Source of the DNA: Macrostomum lignano
Taxonomy: Eukaryota
Assembly: GCA_002269645.1 (NCBI GenBank)
Contig: NIVC01003544.1
Span: 1-46,976, forward strand
Direction of reading: 5' to 3'
DNA: 46,976 nucleotides
Part shown: positions 21,101-34,100 of the stretch, in pieces
Layout of the letters: each line of letters starts with the position of its first letter
How positions within the stretch are numbered: the first letter of the stretch is position 1
Made by a program: the position numbers and the translations under genes
The notes under the pieces: generated by a model
Databases searched by the model: none
What the model was told of the DNA's origin: nothing
The model's input: only the letters and a program-made list of their open reading frames with translations

Positions 21101-24100
21101 AGACAGGGAGAGCATTAGACAGACAGGTAGAGCATTAGACAGACAGGGTGGCTATTAGCGAGACAGGGAGAGCATTAGAGAGACAGGGAGAGCATTAGAC
21201 AGACAGGGAGAGCATTAGACAGACAGGGAGAGCATTAGAGAGACAGGGAGAGCATTAGACAGACAGCGTTGCAATTAGCGAGACAGGAAGAGCATTAGAG
21301 AGACAGGGAGAGCATTAGAGAGACAGGGAGAGCATTAGAGAGACAGGGAGAGTATTAGAGAGACAGGGAGAGCATTAGACAGACAGGGTGGCTATTAGCG
21401 AGACAGGGAGAGCATTAGACAGACAGGGTGGCTATTAGAGAGACAGGGAGAGCATTAGACAGACAGGGTGGCTATTAGAGAGACAGGGAGAGCATTAGAG
21501 AGACAGGGAGAGCATTAGACAGACAGGGTGGCTATTAGAGAGACAGGGTGGCTATTAGAGAGACAGGGAGAGCATTAGACAGACAGGGTGGCTATTAGAG
21601 AGACAGGGTGGCTATTAGAGAGACAGGGAGGGCATTAGAGAGACAGGGAGAGCATTAGAGAGACAGGGAGAGCATTAGAGAGACAGGGAGAGCATTAGAG
21701 AGACAGGGAGAGCATTAGAGAGACAGGGAGAGCATTAGAGAGACAGGGAGAGCATTAGAGAGACAGGGAGAGCATTAGAGAGACAGGGAGAGCATTAGAC
21801 AGACAGGGTGGCTATTAGCGAGACAGGGAGAGCATTAGACAGACAGGGTGGCTATTAGCGAGATAGGGAGAGCATTAGACAGACAGGGTGACTATTAGCG
21901 AGATAGACACTGTGTTTTGTGTTTTGTTTTAGTCATGCATTAATCGTAGTGCGCACTTTTTGATGAATTGGTTTCATACGAAAATACTCTTTATGCATTA
22001 TGCTATGTTTTGAAAAGACTGTCGATTGTAACAATTCTACTGGGTAGGATGCAGTCTTCATGGCAAAATGCATTGGCCAGATTGGGAATTTTCAGGGTTT
22101 TAGTACTAAGCTCCCAATGTCTCCTCACCTAATTCCACCGTCTTGACTTTCAAAGTCAAAAAATGAAGCGAGTGTGTTTCGTTCAAATCAGCTCTAAAAT
22201 GCCCCAACAGAGACAACTGTAATTTTGCCGGAACTCGCTGGTACCATTTTATAAAAACGCATTAAATTTCTAGCTTGGAAGATGCTTTCTCGTAGGATGC
22301 AAACAGTGCTAGAGAACTAAATTAGACTATCCGGCCAATGGATAAATAATCAGCGGTCCCAGTGCGTGACAACGATTGTCTGGCGAGCGCCGCTAGGCGA
22401 GCCATAGACAAATCGTTGTCACGTGCTGCGACCGCTGATTCTTTGCATTGTTTTTCTGTTTGACGATCCTACAGATATTGCATTGTTTAGCAATTTGACG
22501 ATCATTATTCACATTTTTAATGCAGGACAATCCATTACTACAAACAATGCATTGTCTGTAGGATCGTCAAACAGAAAAACAATGCAAAGAATCAGTGGTC
22601 CAGTGCGTGACAACGATTGTCTGGCGAGCGCCGGTTATTTATCCATTGCTTGCAGTAATGGATTGTTCTGCATTAAAAATGTGAATAATGATCGTCACAT
22701 TGCTAGACAATGCATTTCCTTCTATCTCAGTTGTCTATGCAAAAAATGCAGCTTTAAGCAAAATGAAAAGTTAAATCTTTCGCAGAAAACCGGAGCAACA
22801 GGAGGCGAAACCGCGGAGGCGGATGGCAGCTGCGGGTCAGCCAGACCTGCAGAAAGGCTTCTACGAACAGCTGACCAGCGAGAATTGCACGTCGGTGGGC
22901 GTCAGCATCAGCCTTCTGCTGCCGCTTGAAGCAAAAGGCGAAGGCCGGATCTGTGTGGTGGCGCTCTTCGATGAAAATATTGACAAGCCCGATGCCATGA
23001 ATAACTGGGCTCAGCAGACGATAAACACCAGGGCCTATGCGCCATTTCTGACACTTTCTGCGGCGAGAATTTTCATGACTGTGGGCACGTCATTGCAGAA
23101 AGAAGTTGCTACTGTTTATAACACCAGAGTAATTCAGCCGCAAAAGATTGCCAAACGTCTGAGCGACGAGTCGAAACGTTCGTGGCATCCGGACAGAGCA
23201 AACAACGCAATCTGTTCAGTATTGACTGCTGTAAAGGACCTCTCTTTGCGCGCCAAGTGTCTTCCTGACTTTGCCTTCGAGCTCCATTGCATTGTTTGTG
23301 ACATAAAATCCACTCGTAAAGACATCAAGGAATTAATGAATTCCATAGAGCAAGACTGGGACCTCCTCATTCAAGGGCTGAGCAAATCTAGCAGCCAGAG
23401 CGTCATGAACATAGTTGCATCGCTGAAGGCGCTACGAACAAGATGGATCGACTACGAAACAGTAAAAGAGAAATGCAAGCTGTTTCTGACTTACGCAGAC
23501 CGAGCGAAAGCTGGTGAAGACGTCCTGGCGGCTTTTATTCAAGAACCGGAATTGGACCTGACAACTAAGGGTGAAGCCACGAGTCTAAGCATGGAGCTGA
23601 AGCCGCACGCAGATACTCTTGAGAAGATTTCGAAAACAAGCAAAGAGAGTCTCATGATTCGTCAGAAATTCCCGCCGAAAAGCAGAAGCCCGGACAGCGT
23701 TGTTCTATCCTTGACCAAAAAACTGGAGAAGTTCGTAAATGACTCAATTCCGTTGCACGAACAGCTTGGAAAGCTAAGTGATTTCCGTCATCAGACCAAG
23801 AGGCGGCGCGATCGCTCTGAGCAACTAATGCAGTACTATAATGCAATGTGCTCCAAGGAGATGAGCACGGAAATCCTAGAGTCAAAGAACATCTCAACTG
23901 CTCTACTCGAACAGGCTTACGTAGTGTTTGAGCTTTCCGACAGGTTGCCTGCAATTCCTTTGGATCCAGTTCCGAGTTCCGAGGGATCGAAATTGCTGGA
24001 AGTTGCACAGGCAGTTGGCAGAATCTCCGAGGAGCAGATGCGCCTATTTGAGCCCGGCTTTCCGTTAAGTGAGCGAGTGCCAGCTCAATGGACCGAGTGC

Positions 24101-24637
24101 GCTAGCAGTAGAACGCTCAGGTGCGTGTTAGTTGGTACACACAGCATAGTGGAATCCAAGGAGCTGCTGAGTGACCTCAAAGACAGGAGCTCAAAGAAGA
24201 GTCTGAATGAGTTTCGGGATGCGAATTTGGTGAAGGAATTACCGAACGCCCTGGAAATCAACCAGCAGCTGCTGAACCTGCGCGATGAGATAACCAAGTT
24301 GGCCGAGTCCCTGGTGGGGCCAGACAGTGCTGACAAGATACTGCGAGCTGCCTTCGCAAGGCTGCGCGGCCTAACACCGAATTTTATGAACTTGGTCGCT
24401 ACCAAACCAGTGCACAATGAATTCCGCTCGCTAATCAAGGCGTTGGATGCCTATGTGAGATACGTGTTGAATCGGACTGCAAAGATGATGCAGGACGGGA
24501 AAAATTGGGATTCGATCGAAAAGGAGCTTATCGAGCTGACAGAGTCACTGCAGGCTAACGCACTGGTGCTGTTTTGCTGCTCTGAAACTTTTAAACGACA
24601 CTGCCAGTACGATTATTACATCCGCATTGGTTTCTGA
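18122..24637 (+). CDS. Two-exon uncharacterised ~792-aa protein, paralogue A (exons 18122-18648 and 22786-24637)
   Basis: Kozak CACCATGG. The apparent stop of the short ORF lies in a donor, AGACG|GTGAGT (phase 2). Acceptor TCTTTCGCAG|A lies 37 nt before the ATG of the 604-aa ORF, so CG+A=Arg and the frame continues KPEQQEAKPRRRM. Total CDS 2379 nt. No signal peptide or TM segment seen. Confidence 0.85.
18963..19185. repeat. 41-bp tandem repeat x5.4, present only in copy A intron
   Basis: Unit GGCCGCCCCTAGGGAGAGTCGAAATTTATTTGGGGTGGATT at 18963, 19004, 19045, 19086, 19127 and 19168 (partial). Confidence 0.93.
19315..21905. repeat. 20-bp minisatellite (ATTAGAGAGACAGGGAGAGC)n in the intron of paralogue A
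   Basis: Directly visible, with variant ATTAGACAGACAGGGTGGCT. Confidence 0.97.
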
Positions 24638-25487
24638 GTGGCCTTCGCGATCACCTGCTGACTCAGTCCACAATGAGGACAAACTGTTGCATATTTTCTC
24701 GGTACGACGTTTTTCATTTCAATTTTTTACCCCTCTGCTGTACCTCCTCAGATCCTGCAGTTTTGTTCGTTCAGTTTTATCGAAATCGAAGCTGCGTCAA
24801 AATTGCTATTTGAGTTCTGAGAGAAGCTTGCGAATCCGGCGTTTAGAAGGTGTTGAATTTGAATTTGACGAACGTCTTTATTATTAAAAACGAATTATTT
24901 GTCTCTAGCATTGCTTTCTACTCGTGTTTTGATTTTAATTCATTTTGCACTGTCCGTATAGCGCCAAGAAATCAGATTTTGTGCAAAGGGCATTTTGAAG
25001 CTTCATATTAAAACTTTCACACTGAAGGAACGGGAATGGTGGTACGTTTTGATGAAATAGTTTAATACTGAACCGAATTTCGGAGTACAAGAACCATCGT
25101 TGATTATTAGTGTCGTTCAGAATTCCCTGCGCACAAATTTAATATGGGAGATTACGTTTTATGCAACGACACTACGCTCGTAATAAAGAATATACAAACA
25201 ACTCCAACAAGATTGTTTTTTATTTCCATGCGATTTTTCCTTTTTTATTCCTAAAATATTGATAACGGATAACCGATTATTAAATTGTTGCCAATTCAAT
25301 AGGCCTTCACTCAGTTGTTGTTTGCATCAAATAAACATTCGATTTTCGTTTTCGATATTCCGTAGATTTCCGTTTTAAACTTGCGCCTTTCTACATTTTT
25401 GGGCATTCTATTACAGCAGTCAAAACCAGCGATCTCAGCTCATTTAGTCAGTCCTATTGCGCCTCACTTATGGTCGCTGCAAGTCCC

Positions 25488-26038
25488 TCTGCTAAGCTGA
25501 CACCAAGACTCTCAGCCCTCTGCTAAGCTGCCACCAAGACTCTCAGCCCTCTGCTAAGCTGCCACCAAGACTCTCAGCCCTCTGCTAAGCTGCCATCAAG
25601 ACTCTCAGCCCTCTGTTAAGCTGCCACCAAGACTCTCAGCCCTCTGCTAAGCTCCCATCAAGACTCTCAGCCCTCTGCTAAGCTCCCACCAAGACTCTCA
25701 GCCCTCTGCTAAGCTCCCATCAAGACTCTCAGCCCTCTGCTAAGCTCCCATCAAGACTCTCAGCCCTCTGCTAAGCTGCCACCAAGACTCTCAGCCCTCT
25801 GCTAAGCTGCCATCAAGACTCTCAGCCCTCTGCTAAGCTCCCATCAAGACTCTCAGGCCTCTGCTAAGCTGCCACCAAGACTCTCAGCCCTCTGCTAAGC
25901 TGCCATCAAGACTCTCAGGCCTCTGCTAAGCTCCCATCAAGACTCTCAGCCCTCTGCTAAGCTTCCATCAAGACTCTCAGCCCTCTGCTAAGCTGCCATC
26001 AAGACTCTCAGCCCTCTGCTAAGCTTCCATCAAGACTC
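25488..26038. repeat. 31-bp tandem repeat (AAGACTCTCAGCCCTCTGCTAAGCTGCCACC)n; remnant resumes at 27128-27205
   Basis: Period of 31 (25505, 25536...). A related array lies at 38366-38938. Confidence 0.95.
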
Positions 26039-26039
26039 G

Positions 26040-27120
26040 TGTAATTATACTTTTACCCAGACGCAATAACAAAATATTTTGGCCATTATTCCACAGTTTT
26101 GATGTGTACCATAGACATTTGGATTGAAAAAATCCATCGCTCAGTATTTTTGTTAATAAATACAGAACAACAAGAAGTAAATGAACAAAAAGGAAAATCA
26201 TTAAAACTAAAGTACCAGCTACACGAAAAGAGTTAATAATAAATGTCACAGTTAGTGCAGTTTATCAGTTTGTAGTCAAAATTTGACAATGTGAAAATCA
26301 ATTTGTCACCCAAAAGTGAAACATACACAGTTCTCAAAGCCGCAGTTTCCAAAGATGCTCGACACTCTAGCCTGATGATTTGGCACTGCAAAAGGAGTTG
26401 GTCTATGTTGAATGTTTTCTATGAAAGAGAAATACAGGTGCTCAAGTATAGTTGCCGAACTTACCATTTGAAAGATGCACGTCTTGGTTAAGTTGGCTTG
26501 CGGCTGATGAGCTTCGTCTGATGAGCTTCTTTGGTACCGCAGTATCCAAGCTGGGATTCTTTGGGACTGCCGGCTGCTCGACTGAATCGATTGGCCGCTT
26601 TGAGGCATCGCTTATAGCCGTCGAGGCGTTGAAGACTGCATGGTCGCGTTTTCTTCCTAGGTAGCGCCGCACGGTTCGTTCAGTCGTCGACAGGAAGATT
26701 TTTTCAATTAATAAGCGCGGCTGTTTGACGAGATGCACCAGCCATGGTTGTTTGACAAGACAAATAGCTTTTTCTCGCACTACTCGCTTTCCTGATTTCT
26801 TGCAAGACGCAAGCAAAATCAGCACTCATCACAGTGTTGTCTATGGTCAAACTAAGCCACACAACTCAGTCGTCTATGGGTAAAACATCTCTTAAAACAG
26901 CCAATTGAAGCATGATAAAAAGTGTGGAATAATGACAGCGACAAAAGTGTGGAATAATGGCCGCAAAAGTGTGGAATAATGGCCGCAAAAGTGTGGAATA
27001 ATGGCCGCAAAAGTGTGGAATAATGGCCGCAAAAGTGTGGAATAATGACTGAGCGCTGAGTGAAAGTATAAATACAATGCACTTGTATAGTATGCAACTT
27101 CGTTGAATACTATACAATCT
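26040..27120 (+). mobile_element. Non-autonomous Helentron/HINE-like element inserted in the 31-bp array
   Basis: Imperfect subterminal IRs TGTAATTATACTTTTACCCAG (26040-26060) and CTGAGTGAAAGTATAAATACA (27056-27076). A 16-bp-stem hairpin lies at 27083-27117, with an internal 22-bp tandem array. The host array resumes afterwards. Confidence 0.55.
26917..27047. repeat. 22-bp tandem repeat (AAAAGTGTGGAATAATGGCCGC), ~5-6 copies
   Basis: Directly visible. Confidence 0.92.
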
Positions 27121-27265
27121 GCCATTGAGCCCTCTGCTAAGCTCCCATCAAGATTCATCAAGCCCTCTGCTAAGCTCCCATCATGACTCTCAGCCCTCTT
27201 CTAAGCCTTCATCTCTTGGGTTTAATTTTGTGGTGCTGCCCGTCGAGCTGCTGCGCCGGACCATT

Positions 27266-28290
27266 GTAGGGACTATTATAGGGATTATTATAGAGATTAT
27301 TATAGGGATTACTATGGGGATTATTATAGGGATTACTATAGGTATTATTATAGGGATTATTATAGGGATTATTATAGGGATTATTATAGGGATTACTATA
27401 GGGATTATTATAGGGATTATTATAGGGATTATTATAGGGATTATTATAGGGATTATTATAGGGATTACTATAGGGATTACTATAGGAATTACTATAGGGA
27501 TTACTATAGGGATTATTATAGGTATTGTTATAGGGATTATTATAGGGATTAATATAGGGATTATTATAGGTATTGTTATAGGGATTATTATAGGGATTAT
27601 TATAGGGATTAATATAGGGATTATTATTGGGATTATTATAGGGATTACTATAGGGATTACTATAGGAATTACTATAGGGATTACTATAGGGATTATTATA
27701 GGTATTGTTATAGGGATTATTATAGGGATTAATATAGGGATTATTATAGGTATTGTTATAGGGATTATTATAGGGATTACTATAGGGCTTATTATAGGGA
27801 TTATTAAAGGGATTATTATAGGGATTATTATAGGGATTACTATAGGGATTAATATGGGGCTTATTATAGGGATTATAATAGGGATATTATAGGGATTATT
27901 ATAGGGATTACTATAGGGATTAATATGGGGCTTATTATAGGGATTATAATAGGGATATTATAGGGATTATTATAGGGATTATTATAGGGATTATTATTGG
28001 GATTATTATAGGGATTATTATAGGGATTACTATAGGGATTACTATAGGGATTAATATAGGGCTTGTTATGGGGATTATTATAGGGATTATTATAGGGATT
28101 ACTATAGGGCTTATTATAGGGATTACTATAGGGCTTATTATAGGGATTATTATAGGGATTATTATAGGGATTATTATAGGGATTATTATAGGGATTATTA
28201 TAGGGCTTATTATAGGGATTACTATAGGGATTATTATAGGGATTATTATAGGGATTACTATAAGGATTAATAAAGGGCTTATTATAGGGA
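27266..28290. repeat. 12-bp minisatellite (ATAGGGATTATT)n
   Basis: Directly visible. It is the source of the IIGI-repeat ORFs. Confidence 0.97.
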
Positions 28291-29320
28291 TTATTATAGG
28301 GATTATTATAGTATTTGCGGTCCGGACGAGGTGCCCATCAAGGCGCTGCGCATCCAATGTGGCCACTGAGGTGGCCAGAGTGATGAATCGCGTGCTCTTC
28401 GGTGAGGAGGCACCTAAAAAGTGGACCACGGCGCACATTGTCGCAGTTCCTAGGAAGCCGGGCACCACGAGCCTTGAGGAGCATCGAGGTATCTGCCTTC
28501 AATCCTGCGCTGCGAAGTTGTTCAACCGGTTGCTGCTATCGCTGTTGCAGCCCGTGCTGGATACCTGCATCCTGAGCAGAACGGCTTCCGGCCCCATCGC
28601 GGCACTGTGACGCGGATCCTGGCTCTTCGGCGAGTCATCGAGGAAGCACGGACACGCCAGTCGATCCTGATTGTTATCTTCATAGATTTCAAGAAGGAAT
28701 TCGACTCGGTCGTCAGGTCTGTGCTCCTAAAGGTGCTCCGAGCGTAAAACGTGTCAGAGCAGCTGATTTCCGCCATCATGGCGATGTACCATGATACGAA
28801 AGCTGCTGTTTTAACACCGGATGGCCTATCGGAATTTTTTGAGACATCCTCCGGAGTGCTTCAAGGAGATACGCTTTTGCGCCGTTCCTGTTCGTCCTGG
28901 TGCTTGACTGGGTGTTTCGGACCGCTCTTCTTACCAACGACGACGGCTTTCTGTTGCGGCGACGCGTGGGTTGACGCCAACCGGAGAGGTGGCTCAGCGT
29001 GCTTGGCTACGCCGACGACCTCGCCCTACTGTCCTCAACTGTCGAGGGCGCCGAGCGACAACTGGACAAGCCAGTTGCTGTTGCGGCGACTGTCGGCCTG
29101 GTGGTCAACACGCAGAAGACCGTCGTGCTCTGCGTGCCGGGCGATATCGAGGCAGCGATTTTGTGCCGAGGCGCTGATGGACAGGCGACAGAGCTTCCGC
29201 GTAGTCAGCAGTTCGTCTACCTCGGCGGTCTGGTTCCCGGCGTCCGCGAGGATTTTCGGCGTCGCCGCGGGCTTGCCTGGGCTGCCTTTCGTTCTGTGAG
29301 GGCAGCCCTGCAGTTACCTG
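28291..29320 (+). pseudogene. Decayed RTE-type non-LTR retrotransposon reverse transcriptase fragment
   Basis: Motifs W....IVAVPRK..HRGICL, EQNGFRPHRG, FIDFKKEFDSV, GVLQGDTL(A)PFLF, LGYADDLALL, GLVVNTQKT, FVYLG. Frameshifts near 28560 and 28875; in-frame stops near 28744 and 28972. Confidence 0.92.
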
Positions 29321-29335
29321 GCCTCGGACTGCATT

Positions 29336-29433
29336 AGTAGTAGTAGACTCAGTTAGTCTACTACTTTAGCTACTACTACTACTCTACTCTACTCTACTAC
29401 TACTCTGCTACTTTACTCTCTACTACTCTACTT
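29336..29433. repeat. TAG/CTA-type low-complexity tract
   Basis: Directly visible. Confidence 0.8.
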
Positions 29434-29819
29434 CGGGTTCTCATTCAATTGTGACACATTTAGCAGCACCGATTCGGGTTCTCATTCAATTGTGACACAT
29501 TTAGCAGCACCGATTCGGGTTCTCATTCAATTGTGACACATTTAGCAGCACCGATTCGGGTTCTCATTCAATTGTGACACATTTAGCAGCACCGATTCGG
29601 GTTCTCATTCAATTGTGACACATTTAGCAGCACCGATTCGGGTTCTCATTCAATTGTGACACATTTAGCAGCACCGATTCGGGTTCTCATTCAATTGTGA
29701 CACATTTAGCAGCACCGATTCGGGTTCCCATTCAATTGTGACACATTTAGCAGCACCGATTCGGGTTCTCATTCAATTGTGACACATTTAGCAGCACCGA
29801 TTCGGGTGCCCATTCAATT
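29434..29819. repeat. 41-bp tandem repeat x~9.4 (CGGGTTCTCATTCAATTGTGACACATTTAGCAGCACCGATT), no spacers
   Basis: Units at 29434 + 41n through 29803. Confidence 0.96.
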
Positions 29820-30081
29820 CTCAAGTCTGCACACAGTGAGTCGGGGGTTAGCTGATCTTGATGGGGGACTGATTTCTTGCTATTATATCATTTAGACACA
29901 TTAGAATTGAACAGGCTGTAAATTATACGGATGGGAACAAAATCTGTATAATCATTGCAATTGCACTATCCCGGTACTTCTTAGAAATGCTTTTCGGCAT
30001 TCAAGAAATCATAAAATGCTTTTATCAGCTGCGCATGTCCATTTTACTCGCTCTGAAGCAACGCATTCACTTCAACTTCAA

Positions 30082-30700
<619 letters not shown>

Positions 30701-30732
30701 TGTCAACAATAGCTGAGAATATACTCAGCAAT

Positions 30733-30845
30733 AGTCAAAACCGCCACCCGTGTGCCTGAGCGAGAGCAGGAAAGCCTTGCGTCATTGAAGTGCAGTGTGC
30801 TGAAGTCAAACGCTCTGCCAATTCTCTGGGGTGGCGGTTTCGACT
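30733..30845. mobile_element. Copy B of the MITE-like inverted-repeat module (left IR partly deleted)
   Basis: AGTCAAAACCGCCACCC ... GGGTGGCGGTTTCGACT. Confidence 0.55.
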
Positions 30846-31170
30846 GCTGCCGAGTGTACATTTGGGGTCGGGCACCAATTAGCCATTTTCAATTCCAAAA
30901 TGAGGAGGGGCGCTTGGCGTACGATTCAAACCAATGAGGGCCAACCCCGAAAGTCTGGCTGTGTACATTCCTGAGAATGAGTAAATGAGTGAGCAACATG
31001 ATTGGTTGGGCAGGCCTCAGACAGAGTACAAGTTGAATCGAGGGTGCTGTCGTGAGTGCTTCTAAATATTGATCGAATAAAAGTTGACACCAGCTGCAGA
31101 CACTGTGGTATATTATAGCGGCAAACAGGCCTGCCCGCCTGTTCTGAGCTTGGCGCCCGAGTCTCACACC

Positions 31171-34100
31171 ATGGCTGAGCAGCGCACCTCGAGAAGTGAA
31201 AGAGAGCGGCTAGCGGCCAAAATCAGAGTCAGCCTGAAGGCAACGCTGCACTGTCTGGACCCAAGGCCGGATGTGTCTGAGGAAGCCTACGATAAAATTC
31301 TTCGACGTTTGAGGCACAGCGACACTAACAACTTCATCCAGCACGAGCGTTTGCGTCTTCAGGAGAGAGTTGGCTGGGAAATCAACAGGACTCGATATTA
31401 TCACAAAACTGATAAAGAATTGCCACAGCTTTGTCTTAGCAATTCTCTGAGCCTTGAGGCCAAGAAAGTGTTTCACTACATGGAACGCCGCACTGCATAT
31501 CGAGACCGCTTGAGCTCGATGCCGCGCTGCACGGTTCTGATTCAACAAAACAAATCAGACACCAGCTGCACCCACTATTTTACTGCCCAGGCCTACGGCT
31601 GCCTGGTCTACTGCACGCCCCGCGTCAAAAATTTCGACTACGATGTGTCTAGGTATCCCGAAGAGGCAGTGAGGTTCTGGTCTAGACGGTGAGTTCTTAA
31701 CCAAAAGCTTTTCTTTCGTTACCGAATAAAATGCGCATTCATGTTTTGTCCAACCAGAGGCACACAACAAGCGGGATTTTTTTGAAGACTAAATAAAAAA
31801 GCATTTGCAAGATTTTCATTTTTTACATTTTAGCACGAAAAATGGTCAATATTTCACCTTCCAAGATTCCAGTACGCATATGAGACTGCTATGAGTCTGA
31901 TAGGAGATTCAACCTACAAGTTCCTTTAACTTGTTGAAGAGACAAGGAGATTCAGTAGAGATCAGGCGCGTAGTCTGAAATTTTCTCGAGGGGGGGGGGT
32001 TGGCCATCCGTAAAGAAAAACCTGATTTCTCAAAAACTTTTTAGGCTGTTCGGGGGATACATCGCCACATTCTCCGCTCCTACGCCCGTGTTAGAGAATC
32101 AGGGTGACTATTATCGAGATGGGAAGAGCATTGGAGAGACAGGGAGAGCATTAGAGAGACGGGGAGAGCATTAGAGAGACAGGCTGAGCATTAGAGAGAC
32201 AAAGGTGAGCATTAGAGAGACAGGGTGGCTATTAGCGAGATAGGGAGATTATTAGAGAGACAGGGAGAGCATTAGAGAGACAAAGGTGAGCATTAGAGAG
32301 ACAGGGTGGCTATTAGCGAGATAGGGAGAGTATTAGAGAGACAGGAAGAGCATTAGAGAGACAGGGAGAGCATTAGAGAAACAGGGAGAGCATTAGACAG
32401 ACAGGGTGGCTATTAGCGAGATAGGGACAGTATTAGAGAGACAGGGAGAGCATTAGACAGACAGGGTGGCTATTAGCGAGATAGGGAGAGCATTAGAGAG
32501 ACAGGGAGAGCATTAGACAGACAGGGTGGCTATTAGAGAGACAGGGAGAGCATTAGAGAGACAGGGAGAGCATTAGAGAGACAGGGAGAGCATTAGAGAG
32601 ACGGGGAGAGCATTAGAGAGACAGGAAGAGCATTAGAGAGACAGGAAGAGCATTAGAGAGACAGGGTGGCTATTAGAGAGACAGGGAGAGCATTAGAGAG
32701 ACAGGGAGAGCATTAGAGAGACAGGGAGAGCATTAGAGAGACGGGGAGAGCATTAGAGAGACAGGGAGAGCATTAGAGAGACAGGGAGAGCATTAGAGAG
32801 GCAGGGAGAGCATTAGACAGACAGGGTGGCTATTAGAGAGACAGGGAGAGCATTAGAGAGACAGGGAGAGCATTAGAGAGACAGGGAGAGCATTAGAGAG
32901 ACAGGAAGAGCATTAGAGAGACAGGGAGAGCATTAGAGAGACAGGAAGAGCATTAGAGAGACAGGGAGAGCATTAGACAGACAGGGTGGCTATTAGCGAG
33001 ATAGGGAGAGTATTAGAGAGACGGGAGAGCATTAGAGAGACAGGGAGAGCATTAGAGAGACAGGGAGGGCATTAGAGAGACGGGGAGAGCATTAGAGAGA
33101 CAGGGAGAGCATTAGAGAGACGGGGAGAGCATTAGACAGACAGGGTGGCTATTAGAGAGACAGGGAGAGCATTAGAGAGACAGGGAGGGCATTAGAGAGA
33201 CAGGGAGAGCATTAGAGAGACAGGGAGAGCATTAGAGAGACAGGGAGAGCATTAGAGAGACAGGGAGAGCATTAGAGAGACAGGGAGAGCATTAGAGAGA
33301 CAGGGAGAGCATTAGAGAGACAGGGAGAGCATTAGAGAGACAGGGAGAGCATTAGAGAGACAGGGAGAGCATTAGAGAGACAGGGAGAGCATTAGAGAGA
33401 CAGGGAGAGCATTAGAGAGACAGGGAGAGCATTAGAGAGACAGGGAGAGCATTAGAGAGACAGGGAGAGCATTAGAGAGACAGGAAGAGCATTAGAGAGA
33501 CAGGGAGAGCATTAGAGAGACAGGGAGAGCATTAGAGAGACAGGGAGAGCATTAGAGAGACAGGGAGAGCATTAGACAGACAGGGTGACTATTAGCGAGA
33601 TAGACACTGTGTTTTGTCTTTTGTTTTAGTCATGCATTAATCGTAGTGCGCACTTTTTGATGAATCGGTTTCATACGAAAATACTCTTTATGCATTATGC
33701 TATGTTTTGAAAAGACTGTCGATTGTAACAATTCTACTGGGTAGGATGCAGGTCTTCATGGCAAAATGCATTGGCCAGATTGGGAATTTTCAGGGTTTTA
33801 GTACTAAGCTCCCAATGTCTCCTCACCTAATTCCACCGTCTTGACATTCCAAGTCAAAAAATGAAGCGAGTGTGTTTCGTTCAAATCAGCTCAAAAATGC
33901 CCCAACAAGACAACTGTAATATTGCCGGAACTCGCTGGTACCATTTTATAAAAACGCATTAAAATTGTGGCTTGGAAGATGCTTTCTCGTAGGATGCAAA
34001 CAGTGCTAGAGAACTGGAGACTTCCTATCCGGCCAATGCATTTCCTTCTATTTCAATTGTCCATGCAAAACATTAGAGACAGGGAGAGCATTAGAGAGAC

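Larger units (their letters stand above)
17500..27205 (+). repeat. Segmental duplication, copy A (paralogue of 30720-38938)
   Basis: Same order in both copies: inverted-repeat module, exon 1, 20-bp intronic minisatellite, exon 2, 3' flank, 31-bp array. Confidence 0.93.

Noticed and set aside
26306-26825. Transposase remnant in minus-strand ORFs (TERTVRRYL...)
   Set aside because: Only a faint HTH-like phrase; no DDE or Rep/helicase motifs could be identified.
27125-28290. IIGI/IIPI collagen- or membrane-like ORFs
   Set aside because: Translations of the 12-bp ATAGGGATTATT array.
27266-28290. Telomeric repeat
   Set aside because: Contains TAGGG but the period is 12 and it is not TTAGGG; internal location.
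29434-29819. CRISPR-like array (also 18963-19185 and 26917-27047)
   Set aside because: Head-to-tail repeats with no unique spacers, no cas genes, and a eukaryotic context.
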